Part shown: in pieces, positions 1-12,315 of the stretch
Numbering within the stretch: position 1 is the first letter of the stretch
Layout of the letters: each line of letters begins with the position of its first letter
Source of the DNA: Hydrolagus affinis
Taxonomy: Eukaryota
Length of the DNA stretch: 64,000 bases
Direction of reading: 5' to 3'
Assembly: GCA_012026655.1 (NCBI GenBank)
Contig: JAAILG010001009.1
Coordinates: 1 to 64,000, forward strand
Translations under genes and position numbers: made by a program
The notes under the pieces: model-generated
The model's input: the letters and a program-made list of their open reading frames with translations, nothing else
Told to the model about the DNA's origin: nothing
Databases searched by the model: none

Positions 1-111
1 TAGAGATGGGGGGGATGTGAGAGAGGAGAGAGGAAGAGAGGGAGAGAGACACAGAGACACACAGACAGAAAAACACAGAGATGGAGAGGGTGGGAGACAC
101 AGAGAGAGAAA
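1..111. repeat. GA-rich low-complexity/microsatellite tract
   Basis: Degenerate (GA)n/(GACA)n sequence. Confidence 0.85.
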
Positions 112-313
112 GATATTTACCTCCTGAGAAGATAGGCCCCGAATGCGCGCGCACCCGGGAGGCGCGCGCACACGGAATGCGCGCGCAGTCCGAATGCGCG
201 CGCATTCGGAATACGCGCGCATGCGCGGTAGGAAAAAATCGATATTTCGGTATATCTCGATATGAGCCCATCGATATATTTAATCGGGAAAATATCTATA
301 TCGATGTTCCCTA
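112..313. mobile_element. CpG-rich right end of a probable non-autonomous hAT DNA transposon
   Basis: Ends ...ATATCGATGTTCCCTA, the reverse complement of a TAGGG-type hAT terminus. Repeated subterminal ATCGATAT and GAATGCGCGCGCA motifs. The left end is not seen. Confidence 0.5.
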
Positions 314-327
314 GTACTGTATGTGCA

Positions 328-708
328 GTCCTGTTGCTCAGTGGTTAGAGCACTCAACTTGCAAGCGAGAGACTGGGTTCAATTCCAGACAGGGCGAAAC
401 CTTGGGCAAGTTTCCTTACTCCACATGTCTGATAATAATCCTTTTAAAAAAAAATCAATAAATAAATAATAAATTGGTCATTTCAGTCCATGACTGTTTG
501 TGGGACACTGCTATGCACAATTGGCTGCCACGTTTCGCCCACAAATATACAGTCAATTCACTGTCTTGGAACGTCCTGCCGACGTGAAAGGCGCTCTATC
601 AATGTAATTTTGTTGTTGTTGTTGTACAGAATACTCTGTGAAGTGCTTCGAGTCATCTCAAAGATGTGAAAAGCGCTATATCAAATGCAAGGATTATTAT
701 TATTATTA
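328..708 (+). mobile_element. Full-length young tRNA-derived SINE (SINE2-1_CM-like) with an L2-tail insertion
   Basis: A box GCTCAGTGGTTAGAGC, B box GGTTCAATTCC, body CTGTTTGTGGGACACTGCT...AATTGGCTGCC, L2-like tail ending (TAT)n. More than 20 homologous copies in the window. Confidence 0.88.
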
Positions 709-796
709 ATTCACACATAGCTTCAGTGAATGACAGTTTTGATAAGAGAGGGAGAAATATGACCTCATAAATAAGTAGTTGTGTTCAGGATTTTAC

Positions 797-994
797 CATT
801 TGATTGTGCTGGGACTCTCCAGTTCAGCTTGATCATGTCTTTCCTGTGGTCCACTTTGCTCCACTCAGGTGGATGTACACCCTGAGGCACATCTTGTTCA
901 GTGGTAGCTCGGCTGATGTTACTAAAGCCACGTCCATAACTATTCCAAGCAGCTACTTTGTAATCATATGTAACATATGGGTCTAAATTGGTAT
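797..994 (-). CDS. USH2A: Usherin coding exon (human exon 53 equivalent), 198 nt; absent from the ORF track
   Basis: Manual translation (D)TNLDPYVTYDYKVAAWNSYGRGFSNISRATTEQDVPQGVHPPEWSKVDHRKDMIKLNWRVPAQSN(G). Acceptor ccccgcag|AT, donor AATG|gtaaaa, phase 1 to 1. Confidence 0.96.
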
Positions 995-2648
995 CTGCGG
1001 GGTTGGGGAGGTGGTTTGGGGGAAATAAAAATAAAAATTAAGGTTACAAGTGCTGTGATCCACAACCATCACTCAAACATGCATCCTTCTCTCCGTGAAA
1101 TGCAGTAAAAATAAATCTGACCGAAAAAATTCTTAACCATTTCTCTGGTGTCCAATCAAGAGCTTTCAAGCTGCATGAAGCAACTACTCTATAAAGTGTT
1201 TGTTCCCTGCACACTGTGAAGCAGTTTTAAATGCTAAAATTTAATAGGAACAATTTTACCTGTTAGTATTTTTTTTAATGGTATCACCGACATATTGTGC
1301 AAGAGAAGTGCAGCAGTTGAGGTAACTTTGACAAACCATTCAATGTGGTGCATGAATTGTTTGGTAATACACTCAGCCACTAGCCATTGTGTATGTAATC
1401 CCCCTTTCACCATGCATTATCCTATAGTTATAACTGAAGGTGAATATAGTTTGTGTTCTCTGTGAAGTCTTTTGAGTTTAAAAAAAATGTACCGGAAGAT
1501 TAATAATACATGTATATAATTTGTCTTTGAAAGACACCCAAATCAACTGTCACAAAGATAGGAGTGGGCACTAAAAATTCTCATCTGAGTACAATAAACT
1601 ACATTCTAGTGTATTTATGCTGTACATAAAAACATGCTCAAACATCACTGATTGTGTTTTGGTTTCCTCTCCGCCTCCTATTTTCCCACTGGAATTGTTG
1701 GGCTCAAATGCTGCTAAATATTTTCTGCAGTGCCATATGATGCAGCTTTTGTTGGCAGGACAGAGCCCCACTGTCTTACTGCTGTGATCGTAAGAGAAAT
1801 CTACTCTGCATCAAACCCCGAGATGTAAACCCAGATACAATGGCAGGAAAAGGACATTTTTAAAAAGAATAATATAAATGGTGGTGAGCAATAGTTGAAG
1901 CTATTAGTGGCAGAGTTAGCTTTTCATAAGTGGTCAACAAGAGGCAGCAACCGGGGTTTGTTAAAATAAAATACACAGGCACATAAAAAAAACTCAACAG
2001 TAGGCACCAATTATAAAAGGAGACAGAGATCACTCTGGGCTGGAAGCAAACCCAAGTCCCAGAGGTGAAAGGGCAATGTGCTAACTCACTGCACCGCACA
2101 ATCCCACAACAGAATATATTTAATTTGTGATGGGCTGACAGGGCAGTTATGTCCTTCTCGTTGTTTGGAGAGTTTTACAGTGTAAACAGCTCTGTTGTGC
2201 CCTGTGCACACCTCTCTTAAAAGGTCAAATTGGGACACTATTAGAATAAATTTCCAATTTGGTACCAAGGAAAAACTTCTTAATTAAACCCACTGTTTGC
2301 CATTGTATAAGGTTTGCTTCGGTATCTTGTGTGTTGGCATCTCATAAGACTATTATCTACAAAGAAGCCCAAGTGACAGTACAGCTCAGTATATTAAGAA
2401 ACACTGATATGTAAGTGCCTGGAGGGCTGTGCAGTTGCATAATTTTAGAAATTTGTAGCAAAACTACAACCTGAATGTGTTGGCCTTATGAATAATAAGG
2501 CTTTTAGACTTCAGGGCTTTTGGTCTCGTAGTTTACATTGCCAAAAGCAAAATCAGATATAATTACATCTCATTCTATCAAACACATTCAAAGATACAAA
2601 TTAAAAACACTTTTGGTAGGAAAATGTACCACCCAGTTTTGCAATTAC

Positions 2649-2859
2649 CAGTAAACGTATATCTGCTGGGACCTCCAGTGTAGATGACCTCCTCTGGCCA
2701 GTAGCAAAGCCTTTCATTCGTGTCTTTGTTCACTCTGGTGGGAGGTGATGCCCTTTCTGACCAAGTGCAAATATGAGTTGCTGTGTTGAAATCACACTTG
2801 CCACAGTATGCCTTCTCTTCCTGGGACAGTGGGCAGAGAATACCGACACCGCAACCCTG
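2649..2859 (-). CDS. USH2A: Usherin coding exon (human exon 52 equivalent), 211 nt (208 nt with the second AG)
   Basis: QGCGVGILCPLSQEEKAYCGKCDFNTATHICT...LCYWPEEVIYTGGPSRYTFT(D). Tandem acceptor caacag|cag|GGT, donor ACTG|gtaat, phase 0 to 1. The 5' boundary is less certain than for the other exons. Confidence 0.9.
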
Positions 2860-3015
2860 CTGTTGGAAATTCAATATGTGTGTTATAAGCGACAATCCAG
2901 CAGTAGAGCAATGCAAATGCAAGTACCAGAAGAAACAGCATTAGATCAATGACAAAGCGCTTGGTCAACTTAAGGAGAAAGTTAGCAGAAAGAAGGTGCT
3001 GCACATTACAGTGTA

Positions 3016-3636
3016 CAGATATCCCGCCCCGACCGCGGTTTTTTCTACCGCGAATTTCATTAATCGCTGCGACAACCCTTGCCAACCACGGCAATGGGTT
3101 TGCGTATCCACGGGCTTTAACACTAACACTAGCGTTTGGAGCTAGGACCGAGTAGCGATGTCGCCATCAACCAGCGACGATGTTGCTTCTCCGCATCCAC
3201 CCCCCCTCGGTGTCACCCACCACACCACCTTCTCCACATCCACCCCCCCTCGGTGTCACCCACCACACCACCTTCTCCACATCCACCCCCCCCTTGATGT
3301 CACCCACCACACCACCTTCTCCACATCCACCCTCCCCTCGGTGTCACCCACCACATCTCCACATCCATTGCCCTCTCACTCGTTGGTAATTTATGATCTG
3401 GAGGAGGAGGTAGGGAAAAAAGATGCGCAAGGCCTCTCTTCCATGTAACAGCACGCAACAACCACCTCCCCCATCATCATCATTAGGACTTAGGTAAATA
3501 ATATGAATTTTTTTGTGTTTAGTTCAAGGACAAGCAAACTTACTCCCCCTATCCCCATGTTTCCCATAGGGCCCTGCACTTTCCAACCGTGGAAGTTTTC
3601 AGGAACGTATCCCCCATGATTGGGGAGGGATACCTG
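3016..3636. mobile_element. Tc1/mariner (Tigger/pogo-like) MITE family A, copy 1, containing a minisatellite
   Basis: TA|CAGATATCCCGCCCCGACCGCGG ... GGGGAGGGATACCTG termini; reverse-complement homologue of 4923-5405. Confidence 0.8.
3194..3366. repeat. 43-bp minisatellite, about 4 copies
   Basis: Unit CATCCACCCCCCCTCGGTGTCACCCACCACACCACCTTCTCCA starting at 3194, 3237, 3280 and 3324. Confidence 0.92.
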
Positions 3637-3765
3637 TCTACTCAAACTTGGGTACAAGAGTGCTCGGGACACAAATGTGCATGATACTAGATGCATCTTG
3701 GTATTCAAAGAATGTGACACACAGGCACAGCGAACTCGAAATCTATTGTAGAAAAAAGAAAACGA

Positions 3766-3912
3766 GTGCAGATATGTGTCAAACCAATATTGTACAGATG
3801 TATATCACACCAATATTGTACAGATGTGTATCACACTAATAATATACAGATGTGTATCACACCAATAATATACTGATGTGTATCACATTATAATTGTACA
3901 GATGTCTGTCAC
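3766..3912. repeat. 26-bp minisatellite, about 5 copies
   Basis: Unit ACCAATATTGTACAGATGTGTATCAC with variants. Confidence 0.9.
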
Positions 3913-4139
3913 TCAGTATTGTAATTAGATATAGATTATACGAATGATTCAACTGAGCACTGTTTATATTGCTTCTGCTTCCAACGGGGTAGTTGAAAAG
4001 TAATAAAATTAAAACCTTCAAACTTAGACAATAGAAATGGACGACTGGGAGGTAAAGGGATGCTTATCAATGTTTTCCTTGGAGGGAAGCCAGCGAGAGT
4101 TTAAGAAAGAAGATGTGGAGTTAGGTGAATATAAAGCAG

Positions 4140-4355
4140 TAATAATAATAATCCTTGCATACTGTACATCACTTGGCAGATCAGGGGAAGTCTCAACATA
4201 TTTCACAGGATTTTACTGCAAAATGTGTATTTTGTGATGAATGAGGCAGCCAACTTGTGCACAAACAGCCATGAAGTGAAAGATTAATTTTATTTGGAGA
4301 ATTGTTGGCCAGAACATTGAAAGAAACTCCCTTCTCCTTTTGAACAGTATTATGA
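4140..4355 (-). mobile_element. Old DeuSINE (SacSINE1-like) 3' fragment
   Basis: Reverse complement of the (TAT)n tail, GGCAGCCAA..TGCACA motif and TTGGCCAG(G)ACA..GAAACTCCCTTCTC Deu-domain segment. Confidence 0.65.
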
Positions 4356-4922
4356 AGTGAATGACCAAACCAATTGGCGGGGGGAGGTGGGGGGAGGGGG
4401 GGATCAAACTTAGATCTCATAAGACAAAAACGCAAAATACTGCAGATGCTGTATTTTGAAGATCTCAGGATCTTCTCTTGGAATGGTTTGACTGGCTTCA
4501 TACAATTGGACAGATGTTGTACAGATATTGTAAATCTGGGTGCACCATTTGTTAGATTGCAGCTTATTACGCACAAGTCAACTGGATGTAATGTGTGATA
4601 TTCCAAAACAGGATTTAAATTATATCTGCTAACAAATATCAAAATCTGATTAATATGTGTACCCCTGTATTTCCCAAATGACCAAGTGCGATTTCCGAAT
4701 ACAGCAAACAGTGAAGAAAGACCAGTGAGCAATATATGATTAGCCTGTTTGGCTTTTCAGCCTTCGATTTGCTCCTCCAGGCTTTTGGAAATCACATGTA
4801 GCCGATTTGCAGTTGTTGCGAGTTGAGATGGCTTTCAATGTTACAAATGGAAACTGCGCTCAGCATTTTGGACCAAGCTGGCAAATTTTGCAATTGGATT
4901 ATGCACCAGTGATTTTCTTGTA

Positions 4923-5405
4923 CAGGTATCTCTCCCCAACCGCGGGGGATACGTTCCTGAAAACCCTCGTGGTTAGTAAAACCGCGGTTGGCAAATACAA
5001 GGCCTTAGGAAAAACATGGGGTTAGGGGGGGTAAGTTTCTTGTTCTTTTACTAAACACAAAAAAAACACAATAACTTAACAAAAACAATAAATGTTCAAA
5101 TAACACAATCAAAAAGAATATAAAACACAATAAATTCATGTTATTTACCTCAATCCTAAAAGAGAAGCGACACCGTGGCTGGTTGATTGCGACATCGCAA
5201 CTGGGTCCTAGCGCCAAACGCGAGCACGAAGCGACATTGTGGCTGGTTGATGCAACTGGGTCCTAGCGTCAAACGCTAGTGCTAGTGTTAAAACCCGTGG
5301 ATATGCAAAATTCACTGCCACGGTTGGCAAAGGTTGTTGCAGAGAAGAAACCGTGGATACGTGAAATACGCTGTTGAAAAGACCGCGGTAGGGGCGGGGT
5401 ACCTG
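4923..5405. mobile_element. Tc1/mariner (Tigger/pogo-like) MITE family A, copy 2, intact
   Basis: TA|CAGGTATCTCTCCCCAACCGCGG ... CCGCGGTAGGGGCGGGGTACCTG|TA, giving imperfect 23-bp TIRs and a TA target-site duplication. Confidence 0.88.
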
Positions 5406-6107
5406 TATTTCATATTTATACATTTATCATTCTGGAAGAACATCTACATTAAAAGTGCTCCCAAGTGAGAACACCTTTTGCTTTCTTTATAAACAAACTA
5501 CGTATGTAACTACGTAACTACTACTTTTAGACGGCTAAATTAGCAAAACATATTGCGATTTGAAATGACTTGTTTAAATGAGGATTACCGTACGGTACAA
5601 TTTAACTCCACTATAAACGTGCCTGGCAACATTCTGCATGAAGTTCTATATGTAGTGGTAACACTCTGATAAGCAAGCACAATTAGGGCATTCTCCACAC
5701 ACATCTTTAAGGTGATACAATCTATTCCTGATCATTGTCTAAAGGAGCTTGGTGTTAAGCTGAAGTTAAAATTCACCATTTTTATAATTACAAAAAAGCA
5801 ATATTGACGACATTTATGCTCTTACACTATTTGTGACATTTCTGCTTTTTTTTAGGAAATAATATTGTGGGATACAATATATAGTTTGGGACATGATCTT
5901 GGCCAACAGAAAAGTGCCTCCGCAATTTTTTCAGTGGAAACCGCTATAAACGGTGGCCTCCGCTATAAACAATGATGTTTCTGGCCTTGGGTCTGTTTAT
6001 CCAACGTCATTGTGGGCATGCACACAGGAAATGGGTTTTGCTCCACTCGGAGGACCCTGTTGTTGTGATCGTCTGTGTCTCTGTCTCAATGTATTATCTA
6101 TTATGTT

Positions 6108-6314
6108 TAATAATAATCCCTAGGAAAAAAAATAATGTTGATCATTTCAATCCACAACTGTTTGTGGGACGCTTCTGTGTGCAATTGGCTGCCGGGTTTT
6201 GTCCACAAATATACAGTCAATTCACTTTACAGTATATTCTGTGAAGTGCTTTGAGGTGTCTAGAAGATATGAAAAGCACTGTATCGAAATCCAAGGATTA
6301 TTATTATTATTATT
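6108..6314 (+). mobile_element. 5'-truncated young tRNA-SINE
   Basis: Matches the body and tail of the 328-708 family. Confidence 0.85.
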
Positions 6315-6315
6315 T

Positions 6316-6700
6316 TGTGAGTGTGTGTGTGTCTCTTCTCTCCGTATGTGTTCGTAAGTATGTCTGTGTGTCTCTGTGTATATGTCTATGTGTTTTTGTG
6401 AATGTCTGTGTGTGTCTCTTCTGTATGTATTTTTCATGTGTTTATATGTGAATGTGTATCTGTGTCTCTCCCTCCTCCTGTGTGTGTGTGTACGTATGTA
6501 ACTTTGTATGTATGCCTCTCTCTTTGTGTCAATGAGTGTGTGTATGTGTATGTGTATGTGTTTCTTGTGTCTATGAGTGTTGTGTGTCTCTCTCTTTCTC
6601 TCTCTGAGCATGTATCTCTCTGTGTCTGTAAGTGTCTCTGTGTGTCTCTGAGTCTATGTGTCTCTGAAAGTCTCTCGCTCTCTGTGGGTCTCTGTCTGTG
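6316..6700. repeat. Long degenerate (TG)n/(TC)n microsatellite
   Basis: TG/TC-rich low-complexity tract directly after a SINE tail. Confidence 0.9.
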
Positions 6701-9700
6701 CACGGTGTTCAAATTTATTTTTCAAATTTCCCCACATTTTCTATTGGCCCTGGACATGACATGTGCATTCGACTGCCAGAATGATTGAAGACGATCTGAA
6801 TGGACATTGGTCTTCTTTCATCCAGCTACACTGATGTTCTTAAGGCTACGGTCATGAAAGAGGATTCGCATAAAATTTGGGAAAAGTCTTAAATTCAGTT
6901 CTCATTTGGGTGCAAAAGCGGCTCTTGCATTGAGACAGAATGTAAGAATGTTCAAACATTTTGTACAGTCTTGCTTTTTAAGGCAAGGGTCTAAAAGACT
7001 AAGGCCATAAGAATTGTCTTTAATGTGCAATGATACTTTCCAGTCTGTATTTTGATGTGAAGTGCTGTGAAAGCTGACCTGCAGATTATAAATCACCGGG
7101 ACCCTTAACTAAGTCCTCCAATCATCGTTATGTATTCATACAACATACAGTAAATCAACTGTGAATCTTGAGGTTGCTGCATCAGAGATCTCTGGGGAAC
7201 ACTTCATTTTAAGTGTTCTATATCAACTACTTGAACAGTGTTTGAAAATGCAGTATTCTAATTGAGCAAAGAACTCCAGATACCAACACAGTACAAAGGA
7301 CAATCAGCTCAGCTCAATATGCTTCCATAATATATGACAGGCATCAACCAATCCCCCTCTTCAGTATGGGGATGGCAATCTCTAAAAGAACTGATCCCAA
7401 ATTAATTCTCAATTCAAGAATTTTTGCTCAATTCTGAGCAATTTTGAATGTTAATCACAATGGTCTTATTGTTTGGAATTTCAGATCCATCGTTAAAATA
7501 AGATGTGATTAAACACGGTTTAATATTCAATGATGTAGGCAGCACTGACTCAATGGCCAGTGTCTTCTTGGAATTTCAGCAGAAACAATGAGTACAAACC
7601 ATCGGCATTGGTAGAAAATATAATCAAGGAATAAATAGAAATGATTGCTTCCAAACCCACTATGAAGGATTATATTCAATCCACGACTGTTTGTGGGACA
7701 CTGCGCTGCTGCATTTTGCCCACAAAATATACCGTAAATTTGCCTGGAAGTATATTCTGTGAAGTGCTATGAGACTTCTCGAAGACTTGATATCAAATGA
7801 AAGGATTATTACTACTATATGAATGCAAGTTCTTGTTGTAAACACCTGATATTCAAAGAATTATATTAAATGTGATGGCACAGAAACCTGCTATTTTCCC
7901 CAATTAGTTCATATGAGCCTCCACCCGTACTAATCATATCTCCCAAACTCCGTTCCCTTCTCCCTAAAAAAAAAGCAATGTGTTAAGCTTAAACTCAGAA
8001 CCACAAATTTGTTTCCCTTCTGCAGTAATCCTTTCTGCAAAACTGCATTACCCAAACTGCATGAAAATGATCAGTCGTTTATTATTGCTGTGAGATAGAT
8101 CATTGCTAGAAATTGAACCAATATAATAATTAGAAAGTAACATTTCAGCAAATCTTTCAGGGCAAATCTATAAGTTGGTTTTAAACGTTCAGTAACACTG
8201 TGCAATACGTTTAATTGATTAGCAATAAGCACAGGTTGTGAGACATTTACAAGTAGGCTGCAATCATATTTGGATCCATAAGAATATCACCATTCATTTT
8301 CAGCTTCCAATGTATTATTGTGACTACTTTATCATGGTGTTATAGATTCAGCTTGAAACAAATAACACATTGCATAATGAGTGGAAACATTGATTGGAAA
8401 ACTGTAATCCGTTTGATGGATTCTCAAGATATATTTAAACCCTGAGCGAGAATTCAAAATAAAACATGTTCTGAAGCCTGGATTAGAGAGCACAATGGAA
8501 TTAAATCACTCTGTTCGGTTATTACTTGTACTGAATGAAAGACGGACATCCTTGTTGATACCTCTAAATTTGCCAGTTTTCTCTCCATTTTTCACTGTGC
8601 ATGGGTATCAGGAAACATGTGTAGCCAGGAATCTACGGATGGTGACCAGAGTCAGCAACTTTTTGTATGCAACTTCTTGTTGTGTTGGTGGATATAAATA
8701 CCATAAAAAGAAGCTGACGAGAGCTATTTTTAAGCTATAGTTTGAGGTGCAGCTTTTTTTTTAACTCCCTTGTGGGTTTTCTATGGTAAACTGACAGCTG
8801 AGACTAGTACAGTGCGATGTTCACAGAGGGGATTAAAGGTGCTTGGGATGTCATTACTGCAGGTTTTCAGAGGAATAATCTGCAGTTGATTATGGGGAAA
8901 ATCATACATCCAGTATATATCATAACCATGCTGGACACTTAAAGTGAAGTAGTGTCATTTCGCAATGATGCAAAGACACAGGTAAGTAATTACATCTGCA
9001 AATGGATTCCTCATTACAGGAGGCTGTCCTCTTTTTCAAAATAATAACCTTACTGACAATTTATTCATGATTTGGGATGAAGCGATAAACCCTAGATAGC
9101 AGTACCGAATGTAATAGCGCTGCATCTCTAAGTGATTCACAACCAATGTTTATTACAAATTAATAACATGTTACATATGTTATGCAAAATTTATAATCTG
9201 GGTATAGCTCTGTATTTACACCTCTGCTGAAATATTACTAATTAATTATTATAGTGAAACGTCATTTTATTAAACATGTTTTACTTATTCATACCAATGT
9301 GATTCTGATCTTATTAAACAACTATACATTTTTTATAGCTGGAGCATTAGAGCTTTGTTAAACATTAAGCACTACATTTTAGCAGACGTTTGAAATGAAG
9401 TGATACCAATCTGTTTTAAATAAAATAGCTTATGCATCACTTTGTCATTTCTTTCCAGCACATGTATACCCCAGTCTCAGCTCTTATCACAAGGAGGAGG
9501 TTGTGATGAGTGTTTGCCAGTAACTGTGTAATTTAATGTTTTAATGGGTACTAAATAATATCACTTTACAATATTTGTCTAGGAAAAGAATCAGATGGTT
9601 TAGTATTTTACATTAAATCCTGTGAAAGGCTTTGAGACACCCTCCTGACATGAAAGGCCCTATATCAAATACAAGTGTTATTGTTATCAGGCTTCTGGAG

Positions 9701-10724
9701 CGGATCATAATCTTACTGTCATAAAGTATGTAGAATACATTGTGTGTGTGTGTGTGAGAAAGAGAGAGCTTGGTACAGTTCATGTTTCTTTTAATTTAAA
9801 GTATATATATGTAAAAATGGCAGTGCTACTGTAATTGTAATCTATTTTGCAGTGATATTCAAGAAGTGATGATGAAATAAAGCTTGCTTTACATTTAAAA
9901 CAAAAGAAACATTTTAATTTTCTCCAGCCCATGATGAGGGTGCTGACTTATACTGGAGAAGAATTCCTTAGCCAACCTCCAATACCCAAACTAAGTGGAC
10001 CTGAATTCTTGATGTCTCAGGTTAGAAAGTGAATGTCGACAAATTAGACAACCATACAATAAGAACTTGCATTCCTGTGTGCAGTGTAGAGTCCCAGAGC
10101 ATCCCATGCGGGCATCAAAGCAAAACCTGATCCTGTTTTGTGACCACATTCATACTTTCCAGCGGGGATGAGTGGATAGTGATCAAGAGAAAAAAAGGCA
10201 TTATTCTTTCCATTCAAACTCAAAGCCCTCGTTCTGTGCTTCTTGAGATCAGCCGAATCAGCACAGACCGGGAACTTGCTGGTGTGTGTGGCTCAGTTCC
10301 ATGCTACACAGATATCCACTCAGCCATATGGCAGCTAAGTCAGGATACGTATGAGCAGTTCCTTAGCTTGTAGTTAATAAATCCCTTCTATTTTCCATTG
10401 ACCCGGCATGAATTTTTAGAGAAAAAAAAATCGGATGGTTTAGCCAAAGGATCAATTACGACATCTTTGCTAAAGACTTGTGAAGGACTTGGTGAAGACC
10501 TGTTTGGCTAAAGAATGTTACTTTTGCCTCTTTCACATCCACAATCGCACAGATGAACAATTGGAATCACACACAGATAAGTGTGTTCATCCAGCAACCG
10601 AGGCAGATAATCCACATCTGTCCAGGCAAAAACACTTAAACCTTAAACTGGTTGCATCAATCACAAACGTGAGGTAACAGCGACTTTAGTGCACACGAAC
10701 AATGAAGCAAAGCAAGCGTATTAC

Positions 10725-10942
10725 CTTTAAAACTGTTCCACTTGAAGTCCTGTCAGCACAGACCTGTTTTGAGGGATTATAACCGACCCCATTACAACAT
10801 TCCTCATTACGAGATATAAGTTCAGTACCACAGCACTTCATTTGAGATGCATCACTGATGTGGGATTTCCTTGACCCATCAGGACTGCAACAGCAAAGGG
10901 CAATTGATGCATTCACCAGGTCCTGTCCACAACAGACCATCC
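10725..10942 (-). CDS. USH2A: Usherin coding exon (human exon 51 equivalent), Cys-rich region, 218 nt
   Basis: MVCCGQDLVNASIALCCCSPDG...MKCCGTELISRNEECCNGVGYNPSKQVCADRTSSGTVLK. Acceptor tgtgctag|GG, donor AAG|gtaat, phase 1 to 0. Confidence 0.96.
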
Positions 10943-11959
10943 CTAGCACAAAGAAAAACAGAGTACTTTATTTTTTTATCACCTTTGGTATAGCAATGCC
11001 ACTCTAATTATTATCAAGCTTGTTCCAGTATGATAAATTGCTAATTGCTTAATACCCTAATCAGTGTTCATTCTTTGCACAGATAAACTATGACAGCGCC
11101 ATTAATTTAAATAGCAATTTCACTTAACAGCCAGAACTACACACCAGATTTTATGCAACATTTCAGCAACTGCATCCATCACTGCGGCATTCTGACATAA
11201 AGATGTCTGACGTGTGCTAACTCACTTAGAGAGAGCAGATGTTGCCGAGTGTGGTTTGGTAGCAATTCCCAGACTGCGTCACTTCAGCCTGAATGAGTAG
11301 CACATACAGAGCACTGCAAGTTTTCTAAAATAGCCTTGCGTATACTCTTTCAACCCTGACATTATTTTAAAACATCAACTGCACTGCTTGACATCTGTCC
11401 TTTCACCCGATGACCTTATTTTTTTTCTTCACAGTCTTGCATAATACAATTCTTTATATAATTTTTTTTTAAAAAAACTAAATATCAGGAAGGTTTTCTA
11501 TAAAGGATATAATAATCTTTATATTTGATATAGCAGCTTATCACGTCTTTGAGACGTCTCAAAGTGCTTCACAGAATATACTGTAAAGTGAATTGACTGT
11601 ATATTTTGTGGGCAAAACATAAACCTGAGATGCAATATTCTTTGAGGTTCTAGCTGTGAAATATGCCTAGTCTTTTTGTAACTTTCTCTGATAGAAATTC
11701 ATCTGTTTATTAATACTGTGTAGTCCAATGGTTTGAGTTTCTTCCTGTGTTCTTGCCTACAATCCAACTGATAAAATCAACCATTCCTTTCCGGTTATTT
11801 ATGGGACAATGCTGTATACTTACTCGCTGCCACAATTGGCTACAGATATACAGTGACTTTACAGTATATCCCATAAAATGCTTTGAGAGACATTCTCAAC
11901 AAGGTGATAAGGTGCTATATCAAATGAAAGGATTATTACTATTATTGTGACATGATAGA

Positions 11960-12300
11960 CGAATCACAGGAGTGCATTGAAAATTCTCAAAGCAGTTCAC
12001 AAGTAATTTCTGGCAAGTATACAAGTGTAGTGACTCTATATTTGTTGGCCAGCGTGGCAAGCAATTTGTGCACAGCAAACAGCCATGATTAAGTTATCTG
12101 AAAGATCGTTGGCCAAGGAGAATCTCCTTTCTATTTTGAAATAACGTCTTCAGACCATCTACTGAACAGGCAGTCAGGGCTTCCATTTTATAAATCATCC
12201 GAGGGACAATACCTCCCTCCAACACTGCATTGGAGTGTCAATTTAGAGTGTGAGCTCGAAGACCCAAGGTGGGGCTTGAACTGACAAACTACTCTCCCAG
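11960..12300 (-). mobile_element. Old DeuSINE (SacSINE1-like)
   Basis: Reverse-strand Deu-domain motifs (...TCATCCGAGGGACA...CACTGCATTGGAGTGTCA) and a degenerate tRNA head. Confidence 0.65.
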
Positions 12301-12315
12301 AATAGACAGGGTGCC

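Noticed and set aside
328-395. tRNA-like sequence with A and B boxes (also at other SINE heads)
   Set aside because: These are SINE heads: no proper acceptor stem, variable anticodon region (TGC or TAC) between copies, and always followed by the SINE body.
3194-3366. Regular 43-bp repeats as a CRISPR array; ORFs 3158-3448 and 3180-3389
   Set aside because: Head-to-tail units with no unique spacers, no cas genes, in a vertebrate intron. The ORFs are translations of the minisatellite.
4193-4732. 179-aa minus-strand ORF
   Set aside because: No recognisable domain, overlaps a DeuSINE fragment and a G-run, and no usherin exon is missing between exons 51 and 52.
6222-6788. Four overlapping ORFs of up to 129 aa
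   Set aside because: Artefacts of a stop-poor TG/TC microsatellite.
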